From Desulfomonilia bacterium (GTDB taxonomy: Bacteria > Desulfobacterota > Desulfomonilia > UBA1062), in contig JBEKDT010000005.1 in assembly GCA_050014195.1 (NCBI GenBank), positions 96,001 through 160,000 of the forward strand: a stretch of DNA of 64,000 nucleotides. Reading direction: 5' to 3'. Of the stretch, positions 28,065 through 38,615 are shown piece after piece (position 1 is the first letter of the stretch; every line of letters begins with the position of its first letter). Under the pieces are notes generated by a model, which made no database searches, had not been told where the DNA came from, and saw only the letters and a list, made by a program, of their open reading frames with translations. The translations under genes were made by a program, and so were the position numbers.

Positions 28065-30403
28065 TAGACCTCCTTCAGCAATTGATCATCATTAACATTT
28101 TTTTCGGCAGTAGGCACGCTGCCCTTCTTAAAGACCTCAAAACGTGTTTCCATTGAATCCCCCGGTGCCTCCTTCCCGGTCTTGGAGTTGACCCTGGCAA
28201 ACACTACACCATCAGGTACCCTGAAATCACGCACCTGTCGGTCACGCAATGCCGTTGTCATAAAATCGACAAAGATGGGGCATGCGGTCTTACCTCCGGT
28301 TTCGCCGGCACCAAGCGAAGTCATACTGTCATACCCCACCCATACACCACACAATACATCGGGCGTAAATCCGACAAACCAGGTATCCTTGCTGTCATCA
28401 CTCGTCCCTGTCTTGCCTGCCACCGGCCTCATGAGGGCCTTGGCCCGCCAGCCTGTCCCCTCCTGTACCACGTCCTTAAGGATGTTGGTAACAATATAGG
28501 CCGTCTGTTCCGAGATAACCCGCTGGTCCTGTTCGGACGTCTGGGTATTCATCGCATCTTGCGGGGGGACAATGCCCTCCGTGGTCGCGGTGGCTGCAGG
28601 GGCAACAGGAATAAAAGTGCCTGCAGGGGCCCGGAATATCGTCCCTTTCCCGCTCTGGACGATACTTTCGATCATATGGGGATTAAACTTCTGGCCATAG
28701 GTGGCCAATTCGGCATAGCCCTTGAACAGGTTGATCGGCGTCAGCACACCGGAGCCCAGGGCAAGGGAAAGGTTCCTGGGCAGTTCTCCTTGCATATCGA
28801 ACCGCTTGAGGTAAGAGATGGCGTAATCAAGGCCTATCTCATTTAAGATCTTGATGGTGACGACGTTTCTGGACAAGACCAGACCGGTCCTCAAAGTGGT
28901 TGCGCCATAGAACCGTTTCTCGAAGTTCCTGGGCTGCCATACCTCCTCATCCGCACCGGCCTTATAGGTCACCGGTGCATCGAAGATGATGGAGGCCGGG
29001 GTCATGCCCTTATCGATGGCTGCGGCATAAATAAAGGGCTTTATGGCAGACCCGCTCTGTCTCTTGGCATCTATGGCCCTGTTGAATTGGCTCTTGGAAT
29101 AATCTACCCCGCCCACCATGGCAAGGATACCTGCCTTTTCCAGGTCAAAAGCCATGAGCACACCTTGGACGGTAGGCTGCTGGGAGACCTCAAAGCCCCT
29201 GGGTGTAGAGCATAGCTGAATCAGATCACCGGGCTTCAGGTTGTTTGATGGCCTCCAGTTCCCCTTAGGTTCGATCCAGGCATAGCTGCTGGGACCAAGC
29301 TCGAGATGCCTGGACCCGAGTTTCACTGTCAATGGGTCCAGCTTCATCACCTCTGCCCAATAGAGCTCATAGGGCTCGTAACCCTTCCATTCGAGCTGGT
29401 TCGACTGAAAGGCGAAGATACGCTCCTTTTCGGTTAGGCTCACGTTCTTGACGGAACCCCGATACTTGCCTTGCCGCATCTCCAGCTCGATGACCCCTTT
29501 TCGAACGGCGAGTGTCGCTGCGCGCTGGAGATCCGGAACGATGGAAGTTCGGATAATGATCCCCGTGTTGAAGATGTCCTCGCCGAACTGCTTTGTTACC
29601 AGGATCTTCACATATTCGGTGATGTAGGGTTGATCGGTGAACAAGGCCACATCTTTGGCTACAATCCGAAGCGGGTCTTTGTATGCCTCACGTGCCTCAG
29701 CCTGGGTGATGTATCCTTCCGATACCATGCGTGAAAGGACATACCACTGCCTTCGCTTTGCCGCAGTGAAATCATTTAACGGCGAGTACCGTGTGGGAGC
29801 AGGCGCAAGCCCTGCAAGCATGGCCATCTCGGAGAGCTCCAGCTCTCTGCATTCCTTGCCGAAGTAGCGCAAAGACGCAGCCTGGACGCCGTAGGCACCG
29901 CTGCCCAGGTATATGCGGTCGAGATAGAGGTTTAGTATCTGCTCCTTGGTCAGTGCCTGTTCAATACGCAGGGCCAGTACGATCTCTTTGATCTTCCTAC
30001 TGATGGTCTTCTCCCTTGTCAGAAGATATGACCTCACCACCTGCTGCGTGATGGTGGATGCACCCTGGACATAGGAGTTTGCCCTGATATCGGCGAGTAA
30101 TGCGCTGATGATCCTGCGCGGCTCAAGTCCTACATGGTCGTAGAAAGTGGAATCCTCGGCGGCCACTATGGCCTGCTTGAGGGTGATGGGGATGTTGTGC
30201 CCGTTCAGCACGATCCTGCCTTCAGGGGGAAAATATGCTATCGGTGTCCCGTCTGCAGCAGTAACCTTGCTGAGCTTGGTGGTTTCATCGTTTCTCAGCT
30301 CCTCGATGGAGGGGAGCCCCCTGAGCACGAAGACATAGACCCATGCGCCACACAGGAAGATGAAGATCACGATGAGGAGAAGTATGAATCTGAGCCATCT
30401 CAT
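28061..30403 (-). CDS. mrcA: Penicillin-binding protein 1A
   Basis: EDSTFYDH, GASTITQQ, RKIKE, SAIK, SRN, KTG. Confidence 0.93.
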   Translation of the reverse strand: MRWLRFILLLIVIFIFLCGAWVYVFVLRGLPSIEELRNDETTKLSKVTAADGTPIAYFPPEGRIVLNGHNIPITLKQAIVAAEDSTFYDHVGLEPRRIISALLADIRANSYVQGASTITQQVVRSYLLTREKTISRKIKEIVLALRIEQALTKEQILNLYLDRIYLGSGAYGVQAASLRYFGKECRELELSEMAMLAGLAPAPTRYSPLNDFTAAKRRQWYVLSRMVSEGYITQAEAREAYKDPLRIVAKDVALFTDQPYITEYVKILVTKQFGEDIFNTGIIIRTSIVPDLQRAATLAVRKGVIELEMRQGKYRGSVKNVSLTEKERIFAFQSNQLEWKGYEPYELYWAEVMKLDPLTVKLGSRHLELGPSSYAWIEPKGNWRPSNNLKPGDLIQLCSTPRGFEVSQQPTVQGVLMAFDLEKAGILAMVGGVDYSKSQFNRAIDAKRQSGSAIKPFIYAAAIDKGMTPASIIFDAPVTYKAGADEEVWQPRNFEKRFYGATTLRTGLVLSRNVVTIKILNEIGLDYAISYLKRFDMQGELPRNLSLALGSGVLTPINLFKGYAELATYGQKFNPHMIESIVQSGKGTIFRAPAGTFIPVAPAATATTEGIVPPQDAMNTQTSEQDQRVISEQTAYIVTNILKDVVQEGTGWRAKALMRPVAGKTGTSDDSKDTWFVGFTPDVLCGVWVGYDSMTSLGAGETGGKTACPIFVDFMTTALRDRQVRDFRVPDGVVFARVNSKTGKEAPGDSMETRFEVFKKGSVPTAEKNVNDDQLLKEVY

Positions 30404-30628
30404 AGTGTTCCCTTACATATCAATATGGCTGCGAAATGCAAGCGCAAAGAGGTGGGGAACAGGGGCTGGACGAAGGGGAGGGGTTGTGTTAATGGTGCTG
30501 GCAATAATCATCGGCATGAACCCCAGAGAAACCTCTGGACGATATACCATATCAAGCTGCTTTACTAAGACATACGCCTTCTCGTCTGATTGAGCGGTCG
30601 CGAAGGCACCATTGATGCGGAGGAGCAA

Positions 30629-33109
30629 ATGGCGACGGATTACAAACCTCAGGAGATCGAGGCCAAGTGGCAGAAACGCTGGGAAGACGGCAAGCTCTTC
30701 AAGGTTCAAGTCGATAATTCAAAGCAGAAATACTATCTCCTTGAGATGTTTCCCTATCCATCGGGCCGCATTCACATGGGCCATGTGCGCAATTACACTA
30801 TCGGTGACGTGGTGGCCCGCTACAAGAAGATGAAGGGGTTCAATGTACTGCATCCCATGGGATGGGACGCCTTCGGCATGCCTGCCGAGAATGCGGCCAT
30901 TGCAAGTGGCGTGCACCCCAAAAAATGGACCTATGAGAATATGGCGTATATGAAGGTCCAGCTTAAACGAATGGGCTTCAGTTATGACTGGGACCGTGAG
31001 ATCGCCACATGCGATCCGGACTACTACCAGTGGGAGCAGCTCTTCTTCATCCAGATGTTCGAGAAAGGCCTTGTCTATAAAGATCGCACCTTTTTGAACT
31101 GGTGCGACAGCTGCAAAACCGTGCTCGCCAATGAGCAGGTGGAAGACGGGGCGTGCTGGCGCTGCGGGACCCAGGTTTACCTGCGGGAATACGACCAATG
31201 GTTCTTCAGGATCACTCAGTACGCCCAAGAGCTTTTAGACAACATTGAACGACTCAAAGAGGGGTGGCCCGAGCGCGTGCTCATTATGCAGAAAAACTGG
31301 ATCGGCAGGAGCACAGGCTCACTCATCAGATTCCAGATCGAAGGAACCACAGAGGACATTGAGGTCTTTACAACCAGGCCCGATACACTCTACGGAGCAA
31401 CGTTCATGAGTATCGCACCTGAGCATCCCCTGGCCAAGACGCTGTCCAAGGGCACGGATCAGGAACGAGCAGTGAAGGCATTCGTGGAGAAGACCCTCAA
31501 GGAGGACAAGATCACCCGCACATCTGATTCATATGAAAAGGAAGGTGTGTTTACCGGCAAATACTGCATCAACCCGCTCACCGGCTTCAAGATGCCCATC
31601 TATGTTGCAAACTTCGTGCTCTACGACTACGGCACCGGGGCGGTCATGGCGGTTCCCTCCCACGACCAGCGCGACTTTGAGTTTGCCAAGAAATACGGGC
31701 TTACCATCATCGTGGTAATCCAGCCAGAAGGCGAAGTACTCAGGGCGGAAACCATGGAGTCAGCCTATGAGGGCGAGGGCGTGTTGGTGAATTCCGGCAG
31801 CCACAACGGCATGAAGAACATCGATGCCATGCCTGCCATCACGGAGCACCTCTTTAAGGTAGGCAGGGGCGAGACCACAGTGAACTTTCGCCTGCGTGAC
31901 TGGGGCATCTCAAGACAGCGCTACTGGGGAGCGCCCATCCCGGTTGTGCACTGCGAGAAGTGCGGGACAGTCCCGGTCAAGAAAGAGGACCTGCCCATCA
32001 TTCTTCCGGAAGATGTTAAGCTTACAGGTACGGGCGAATCGCCTATTGCCCAGGTGGATGCATTCGTGAACACCACATGCCCGATATGCGGGGGTAAGGC
32101 CAAGCGGGAGACCGACACCATGGACACCTTTGTGGAGTCATCCTGGTACTTTATCCGTTACTGCAGTCCGAATCACAAGGACAAGGCATTTGACGCCGAG
32201 GAAGTGGCTTACTGGATGCCGGTTGATCAATACATCGGCGGCATTGAACACGCCATCCTGCACCTCATGTACTCGAGGTTCTATACCATGGTGCTCCGCG
32301 ACCTCGGGTATGTGGATTTCGACGAGCCATTTGACCGGCTGCTCACCCAGGGCATGGTCATCAAAGATGGGGCAAAAATGTCCAAATCCAAGGGAAACGT
32401 GGTGGACCCGGAAGACATGATAGGGCGCTACGGCGCTGATGCCACAAGGCTCTTCACCCTCTTTGCCGCTCCCCCGGAAAAGGACATGGACTGGAGCGAC
32501 CAGGGGATTGAAGGTACTTACCGGTTCTTGACCCGGCTCTGGCGTCTCGCCATGGATATCAAGGACATGCAGGGTCCATCGATGATCAGCCGGATCCCGG
32601 CATCCGTTGAGCCAATCATGAGAAAGACCCATCAGACCATCCGCAAGGTCACCGAGGACATAGACAAGCGTTTCCGATTCAATACAGCTATTGCCGCCAT
32701 GATGGAACTCATCAACGAGCTCTACAAGGCAAAAGAAGTGGTAAAGAACAAAGACGAGACAGCAGTGCTGAAGCATTCTCTCGAACAGCTGCTTATCATG
32801 CTCTCCCCTTTTGTACCACATATAGCCGATGAGCTGTGGGAGGCCATGGGGTTGACCGGACAGCTCTTCGAGCACCCTTGGCCGGAATACAATCCCGTTT
32901 GGGCTCAGAGTTCGGAAGTCACCATCGCAGTTCAGGTAAACGGTAAGTTGAGAGCCACCATTGAAGTACCTAAAGATGCAGAGCAGGCCCTTGTGCAAAG
33001 TACTGCTCTTTCAGACGTGAACGTTAAGCGTTTCATTGAGAGCGTATCCATACGCAAGGTCATCTATGTCCCGAACAAGATCATTAATATTATTGTTGCT
33101 GCTCTCTAG
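30629..33109 (+). CDS. leuS: Leucine--tRNA ligase
   Basis: MFPYPSG.IHMGH, KMSKS, editing domain; GGAGGAG RBS. Confidence 0.98.
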   Translation: MATDYKPQEIEAKWQKRWEDGKLFKVQVDNSKQKYYLLEMFPYPSGRIHMGHVRNYTIGDVVARYKKMKGFNVLHPMGWDAFGMPAENAAIASGVHPKKWTYENMAYMKVQLKRMGFSYDWDREIATCDPDYYQWEQLFFIQMFEKGLVYKDRTFLNWCDSCKTVLANEQVEDGACWRCGTQVYLREYDQWFFRITQYAQELLDNIERLKEGWPERVLIMQKNWIGRSTGSLIRFQIEGTTEDIEVFTTRPDTLYGATFMSIAPEHPLAKTLSKGTDQERAVKAFVEKTLKEDKITRTSDSYEKEGVFTGKYCINPLTGFKMPIYVANFVLYDYGTGAVMAVPSHDQRDFEFAKKYGLTIIVVIQPEGEVLRAETMESAYEGEGVLVNSGSHNGMKNIDAMPAITEHLFKVGRGETTVNFRLRDWGISRQRYWGAPIPVVHCEKCGTVPVKKEDLPIILPEDVKLTGTGESPIAQVDAFVNTTCPICGGKAKRETDTMDTFVESSWYFIRYCSPNHKDKAFDAEEVAYWMPVDQYIGGIEHAILHLMYSRFYTMVLRDLGYVDFDEPFDRLLTQGMVIKDGAKMSKSKGNVVDPEDMIGRYGADATRLFTLFAAPPEKDMDWSDQGIEGTYRFLTRLWRLAMDIKDMQGPSMISRIPASVEPIMRKTHQTIRKVTEDIDKRFRFNTAIAAMMELINELYKAKEVVKNKDETAVLKHSLEQLLIMLSPFVPHIADELWEAMGLTGQLFEHPWPEYNPVWAQSSEVTIAVQVNGKLRATIEVPKDAEQALVQSTALSDVNVKRFIESVSIRKVIYVPNKIINIIVAAL

Positions 33110-33539
33110 CCTGGTCTCCTGCAGATACGGCTTCGTCCTGGAGGGCACTGAAGGCGGCAAGAAGATCGCCCTGGACCCGAGCACGAACAAGACCCACCTG
33201 CGGGAGGGGGGCATTGTGCTGGATACCTATCTAGAACAGTCGCTGGCCTCTATGGGCATGCTCTCACCCAAAGATCCCAAACAGAGACTCGAGTGTTCCA
33301 TAGTCTCCTCTACCAGTGGGCGTATTACATCGGTTTCGCTCAAGTCAGGAGACCGATACCGGCTCACCATCAGTGTGCTTGCAAAGTTGACTGATGCATC
33401 CGGCAAGGTCCTCTGGCAAACCACCTTTTCCGATACCGGGACATTCTCGGAAGGCGGCCAGGACGAAGATGCCCTGGATGAGGCCTGCAGACAAGTCTCT
33501 CTTCAGATCGCACGGGCCCTGGCAGCACTGAGGATATGA
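33066..33539 (+). CDS. LptE-like lipoprotein
   Basis: Lipobox LVSC-RYGF; position between leuS and holA. Confidence 0.65.
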   Translation: MSRTRSLILLLLLSSLVSCRYGFVLEGTEGGKKIALDPSTNKTHLREGGIVLDTYLEQSLASMGMLSPKDPKQRLECSIVSSTSGRITSVSLKSGDRYRLTISVLAKLTDASGKVLWQTTFSDTGTFSEGGQDEDALDEACRQVSLQIARALAALRI

Positions 33540-34528
33540 GCGCGCAGAAATCCAAAAAACCATTTCTCAATGCCGTTTTTATAGGCCAGGAAACATTCCT
33601 CATGGAAGAGGAGCTCTCATGCCTGAAGAATCGGCTTGGCGAGAATGCATCAATGAACTGGGCGGTCTTCAATGCCGAAGAAGGACCGGCTATGGATGAA
33701 GTCATAAGCCTATGCAACACCATGCCCTTCCTCTCTGATAGAAGGGCCATTATCATCAGGAACGGCCACAAGCTTACTGCGAAACAGATAGATCAGGTTA
33801 TTACATACCTTGATAACCCGTGCGAGACCACCATGCTCATTACAGTCATGGAGGCGGAAAAAACGGATAAAGATCTCGCAAAGCTCCTAAAAAGGTTCGA
33901 CGGCATGGCGGAAATCGTCCGGTTCGAGTCCATAAAGAACAGATCCGAGCGCACAGCCTGGATCATGGACAGGGCGCTCCTTCATGGAAAGAAGATCGAT
34001 AAGGATGCCGCTGTGCTGCTTGCCGAGATTGCAGGGAGCAGCATGTGGTATCTTGATAGTGAAATTCAAAAGCTCTGCCTGTATGTGGCTGATGATCCTT
34101 CCATCACCACAAAAGATGTCCATGAAGTCGTCATGCGCACGCATGAGCCCGCCATATTCGCCTTCCTTGATGCGCTGTTCGACCGGAAGAAGGATACCCT
34201 CTCAAGGCTCTATGATCTGGAACTTACCGGGATCGCCGAACTCGAGATCATCAGCAGGATAGAAAACCAGATCATCAATCACTACGTCGTACTTTCCGGC
34301 AGGGACTGGAAAAAGATGAAGATACACGATTTTATTGCAGACAAGGCCATGAGGCGCAAGTCCCTCTGGAACATGGCGCAACTCTTATCCCTTCTTAAGG
34401 ATGTCCGTCAGATAGAACAAAGGCTCAAATCGAGCTCAATCGTTCATGTATATGCCTCCCTTACCGAGGTGATCGGGCGGCTTGTGCTGCCCCCCAGGAA
34501 TGAGGGGAGGATACTTGGCAGGTTTTAA
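33536..34528 (+). CDS. holA: DNA polymerase III delta subunit
   Basis: GQETFL, CNTMPFLSDRR, EIQKLCLY; synteny. Confidence 0.9.
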   Translation: MSAQKSKKPFLNAVFIGQETFLMEEELSCLKNRLGENASMNWAVFNAEEGPAMDEVISLCNTMPFLSDRRAIIIRNGHKLTAKQIDQVITYLDNPCETTMLITVMEAEKTDKDLAKLLKRFDGMAEIVRFESIKNRSERTAWIMDRALLHGKKIDKDAAVLLAEIAGSSMWYLDSEIQKLCLYVADDPSITTKDVHEVVMRTHEPAIFAFLDALFDRKKDTLSRLYDLELTGIAELEIISRIENQIINHYVVLSGRDWKKMKIHDFIADKAMRRKSLWNMAQLLSLLKDVRQIEQRLKSSSIVHVYASLTEVIGRLVLPPRNEGRILGRF

Positions 34529-34531
34529 GCT

Positions 34532-34798
34532 TTAGGAGAGCTGGGCATTCACCATCTTGGTCAGGCGGGAGATCTTCCGGGATGCGGTTCTCCTGTGGAG
34601 AGCCCCCTTGCTCACGGCGCCGTCCAGGCGGGCGACGGCTTCACGGTACAACTCACGTGCCTTATCTGTTTCTTTCTCGCTCAGAGAGGAGAATATCTTC
34701 TTTATGGTGGTATTAATAACGGACTTGTGGCCCCTGTTCCTCAAGCGCCGCTTCTCACTCTGTCGCTGCCTCTTCAGGGCTGAAGCATGGTTAGCCAT
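34532..34798 (-). CDS. rpsT: 30S ribosomal protein S20
   Basis: MANHASALKR, KGALHRRTASRKISRL. Confidence 0.97.
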   Translation of the reverse strand: MANHASALKRQRQSEKRRLRNRGHKSVINTTIKKIFSSLSEKETDKARELYREAVARLDGAVSKGALHRRTASRKISRLTKMVNAQLS

Positions 34799-34917
34799 TA
34801 ACTTTTTATCCTCCTTTGTATCACAGCTACGAGGTGAATCTTAATATATGGGCTGCACATTTCTGTCAAGGCCTTTATGGCCGGTAGGGAACTGCCGCGA
34901 CCATTCCTTAATCGGTA

Positions 34918-35880
34918 TTATATACGAAGGCATGCAACAAAGTGCCCGGGTTCGGCCTCCTTCAGCTCCGGCTGTGCACGAGTGCATTCTTCATCTTCTT
35001 TTGGACATGCGGCCCTGTATGTGCACCCGCCTTCGAACCGTACGGGGAAGAACCCTGCACGCACCCGAGTCGGACTCGATGCATGGTCCTGGAGTTCCGC
35101 CCCGGGCACTGCGGCCATCAGGCACTTAGTGTACGGGTGCAGGGGGTTATCAAAAATACTCAGCGCTTTTGCAAGCTCTACGATCCGCCCCTTATACATG
35201 ACGGCTATGCGATGAGACAAATAGCCCACAATGGCAAGGTCATGGGAGATAAACAAGTACGACAGTTTAAATTGTGCCTGGAGATCCGTCAGGAGGTTAA
35301 TAACCTGGGCCTGGATTGAAACATCCAGAGCAGAGACCGGCTCGTCACAGATGATAAGCTTCGGTTTGATGGCCAATGCCCTGGCAATACAGATTCTCTG
35401 CCTCTGCCCGCCCGAGAACTCATGAGGATAGCGGCCCAGTATATCAGGGCTTAAGCCAACCATTTCAATCAGTTGTACGGCCCGATCCCTGATCTCGGCT
35501 TTGGCAAAAGTCTTGTGAACGATCATGGGCTCTTCAATGATGGACCTCACCTTTTTTCTTGGATTCAAAGAGCCGAAGGGGTCCTGGAAGACTACTTGCA
35601 TACCCTTGCGGACCTTGCGGAGCATTTCTCCCTTTGCCTGTATGACATCCGTCCCGTCAAAGATGATCCTGCCTTTATCCGGGGTTTCAAGCCTTAAGAT
35701 CAGCTTGCCTAACGTGGTCTTCCCGCACCCGGACTCCCCCACAAGCCCCAAGGTCTCTTCCGGCCATAGGTCGAGATCTACGCCGTTGACTGCCTGAACT
35801 TGTCCGATCGACTTACCAAAGGCCCCTGATCGGATGGGGAAGGACTTCATGAGCCCTTGTACGGCAAGGAGAGGGTTCAT
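34918..35880 (-). CDS. Oligopeptide/dipeptide ABC ATP-binding protein, OppF-like
   Basis: [28 protein letters not shown]. Confidence 0.93.
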   Translation of the reverse strand: MNPLLAVQGLMKSFPIRSGAFGKSIGQVQAVNGVDLDLWPEETLGLVGESGCGKTTLGKLILRLETPDKGRIIFDGTDVIQAKGEMLRKVRKGMQVVFQDPFGSLNPRKKVRSIIEEPMIVHKTFAKAEIRDRAVQLIEMVGLSPDILGRYPHEFSGGQRQRICIARALAIKPKLIICDEPVSALDVSIQAQVINLLTDLQAQFKLSYLFISHDLAIVGYLSHRIAVMYKGRIVELAKALSIFDNPLHPYTKCLMAAVPGAELQDHASSPTRVRAGFFPVRFEGGCTYRAACPKEDEECTRAQPELKEAEPGHFVACLRI

Positions 35881-36917
35881 GCCTCCTTGTACCTCCAGCA
35901 GCTCACCTCTCGGCCCTCAGAAGGGTAAAAGATCGGGGGAAACTCCACCCTGCAGATGTCCATAACTTCAGGGCACCTGGGGTTAAACGTGCATCCCAAG
36001 GGCATATCCTTGAACGTAGGTACATTACCCGGGATGGCATAGAGCCTATCACCCCTGAAGCCTGCGCTGAGCCTTGGTACGGATTTCATAAGCCCTTTGG
36101 TGTAGGGGTGCAAGGGTTCTGAGAATACCGCAGGAGCTTGAGCGTATTCCACCACATGGCCTGTATACATGACAGCCACATCCTGGCATACCTGTGCAAC
36201 AACGCCAAGGTCATGGGTCACCAGGATGATGGATGTGCCTATCTCCTCTTTCAGATCGTGCATGAGGCACAGGATCTGTGCCTGGGTGGTTACGTCCAGG
36301 GCGGTGGTGGGTTCATCGGCAATAAGCAGCATCGGCCTGCATGCCATGGCCATGGCGATCATAACCCGCTGGCACATGCCTCCGCTGAGCTGGTGGGGAT
36401 AATCCCCTATCCTCTTTTGGGCTTCAGGTATGCCGACCATGTCCAACATGCCCACTGCGATCTCAAGGGCCTGTTTTTTTGTACCCGCCCGCCGGCTTTG
36501 GTGCAAAAGGATCACCTCGGCAATCTGAGAGCCTATGGTGAACACCGGGTTCAGCGAGGTCATGGGTTCCTGGAAGATCATGGAGATCTTATTACCCCGA
36601 ATGGACCGCATACCGTCCTCGTCAAGACCCATGAGGTCGATGCCCTGGAACATGATGCTGCCTTTCGTAATCTTTCCCGGCGGATCAGCCACCAGCCTTA
36701 GGATGGACAGGGCAAGCACCGTTTTACCGCAACCGGATTCGCCTACGATGCCGAGTGTATGCCCGGACTTCAGTGCCAGGTCAACACCGTCTACGGCCTT
36801 CACAACGCCTTCGGGGGTAAAAAAAGATGTATGCAGGTCCTTAATTTCCAGGAGGTTTTCCCCCTGCCCTATCCGGGACAGTATATCAAGTCCTGCAGTA
36901 GTGCTCTTAGTGGCCAT
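35877..36917 (-). CDS. Oligopeptide/dipeptide ABC ATP-binding protein, OppD-like
   Basis: [38 protein letters not shown]. Confidence 0.93.
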   Translation of the reverse strand: MATKSTTAGLDILSRIGQGENLLEIKDLHTSFFTPEGVVKAVDGVDLALKSGHTLGIVGESGCGKTVLALSILRLVADPPGKITKGSIMFQGIDLMGLDEDGMRSIRGNKISMIFQEPMTSLNPVFTIGSQIAEVILLHQSRRAGTKKQALEIAVGMLDMVGIPEAQKRIGDYPHQLSGGMCQRVMIAMAMACRPMLLIADEPTTALDVTTQAQILCLMHDLKEEIGTSIILVTHDLGVVAQVCQDVAVMYTGHVVEYAQAPAVFSEPLHPYTKGLMKSVPRLSAGFRGDRLYAIPGNVPTFKDMPLGCTFNPRCPEVMDICRVEFPPIFYPSEGREVSCWRYKEA

Positions 36918-37018
36918 TTAGCTCATTCCCTAAGGCAGACATATCTTGCCTTGTAAAATATAACAGATTCCCTGCCATTAGGATACAATCAGTCATTATC
37001 TCAAGGAATGGTTCATTC

Positions 37019-37456
37019 TCAGAACAGCACCTTCGTACCACCGCTCTCACAGAGAAAGTGAACCTGGCTGAGAGCTTCCTTCATCCGGATTGCCTTTGCT
37101 ACCTCAGCATACAGCTTCTCTTCAATCGGCTCCACCGTGGAGACAGGCCTTTTGTCATGGCTGAAGCCGTTCCGAAGAGATCGGACATGGCCGGCCACCA
37201 CCGCATAGCCGCATCCGGCAAGCCCGCAACATGACCGGTCCGTTACTGCATATCCGACAAGATACAGGATCTTGCCTGTTCTATGGTCGAGTTCTTCTTC
37301 TTTTATGAAGAGATAATGGCCTCCAATCGCATCAACTTCTACCCCAAGTAAAGGATGTACAAATTCCACTGTCTCTCCCCTTATGACTTTCCCATGTCCT
37401 TTCTCATAGATGGCCATATCTTCAGTGATGTCAAGCCGATCATCGTGTTGCCACAA
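37019..37456 (-). CDS. Hypothetical protein with an SCCGxxGC motif (start uncertain)
   Basis: Protein-like ORF filling the gap between oppD and the TPR gene. Confidence 0.6.
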   Translation of the reverse strand: MWQHDDRLDITEDMAIYEKGHGKVIRGETVEFVHPLLGVEVDAIGGHYLFIKEEELDHRTGKILYLVGYAVTDRSCCGLAGCGYAVVAGHVRSLRNGFSHDKRPVSTVEPIEEKLYAEVAKAIRMKEALSQVHFLCESGGTKVLF

Positions 37457-37491
37457 TGCATTCCATGATTGTTATCTCTTGATAATCCGGT

Positions 37492-37517
37492 TAAAGTTTG
37501 TATACCGCTCCACCGAT
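37492..37517 (+). promoter_or_regulatory. Sigma-28-like promoter motif
   Basis: TAAAG-N16-CCGAT (TAAAGTTT...ACCGATGA). Confidence 0.55.
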
Positions 37518-37579
37518 GAACCATATATCATGGCCTATAAAGGGTGCTGTACTATCCTCGGAAAGGTTTTGTTTAAGAG

Positions 37580-38614
37580 ATGAGCTTATTTGACAAGTTC
37601 TTCGGGCGTAATAAGGCATCCAAAGAGATCGCTGCCTGCGAAGCAGCGTTGGAGAAGCGCCCGAATGATACCATGATCCTCAAGAAGCTTGGGGACCTAT
37701 ACAACCAGGCGAACAATATCAAGAGCGCCTCCGATATATATGTCCGCCTCGGTGAGATCTACAGTGAGAAAGGGTTCTACCCCAAGGCCATTGCCTTGTA
37801 CAAACAGGCCATCAAAATAAACCCATCCTGGGAAGGGCCGTATGAGAAGCTTGCCGATCTCTACCAGGTGCAGGGATTTTCCCGGGAGGCAGCCACCCAG
37901 TATGTCAAGCTTGCCGAGATGCTCGAAAAGAATGGAGACAGTGTAGAAGCCACCATGTATATGCAAAAGGCCGCAGAGCTCGACCCGGCCATTACCCAAA
38001 TGAACAAGAAGGTCCAATCCTTCAAGGTGAAGGAAAAGGCCATGACGGAACCCATTCCCAAGGCCGTTCCCAAGCCTGATCTGGAACGTACTGATTTCTA
38101 TGATCTTAACAAGGAACTAGACAAGCAACTGGAAAAGGAAATAGAGGAGTTCTCCATCGATGAGACTTTCGAGGATACTGTTGATACCACCGGGGTAGAG
38201 TCCGTATTCAAAGCCATCGAGGAAAACACACCAAAGGAAGATAAAGATGACCCTCTATTCCAATACAATATGGGCCTTGCCTACCGGGAAACAGGGCTGC
38301 TGGATGAGGCCGTCGAGGCCTTTAAAAAGGTGATCGGTACAGGCGATAAACTCTACGATGCCTATGTCATGCTTGGGGTAACCTATCGCGAAAAGGGCCT
38401 TTTCAATGAGTCTCTTGATGCGTTTCGGCAGGCGGTATCCCTGAAAGAGGCATCTGCGGAAATGAAAGTCGGGATCCTTTACGAGACCGCACAGACTTAT
38501 AAGGCCCTGGGAGATAATCTGAATGCCTTGTCCATCTTCAGAGAGATTCAGAAAGAGCACAAGGAATTCAAAGATGTCGAGCTTGAAATAATCCGCCTGG
38601 CGGGTGGAGGATAA
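37580..38614 (+). CDS. TPR protein, compact SgmX-like
   Basis: N-terminal TPRs, acidic linker with FYDL, C-terminal TPRs starting YNMGLAYRETGLLDEA. Confidence 0.7.
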   Translation: MSLFDKFFGRNKASKEIAACEAALEKRPNDTMILKKLGDLYNQANNIKSASDIYVRLGEIYSEKGFYPKAIALYKQAIKINPSWEGPYEKLADLYQVQGFSREAATQYVKLAEMLEKNGDSVEATMYMQKAAELDPAITQMNKKVQSFKVKEKAMTEPIPKAVPKPDLERTDFYDLNKELDKQLEKEIEEFSIDETFEDTVDTTGVESVFKAIEENTPKEDKDDPLFQYNMGLAYRETGLLDEAVEAFKKVIGTGDKLYDAYVMLGVTYREKGLFNESLDAFRQAVSLKEASAEMKVGILYETAQTYKALGDNLNALSIFREIQKEHKEFKDVELEIIRLAGGG

Positions 38615-38615
38615 T

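Noticed and set aside
30490-30628. T-box riboswitch upstream of leuS
   Set aside because: No GGTGGnACCGCG T-box sequence or terminator; only small hairpins.
32138-32998. Long antisense ORFs (here and e.g. 43131-43901, 48965-49666, 60513-61343)
   Set aside because: Shadow frames of well-conserved genes, expected from codon bias; no recognisable motifs.
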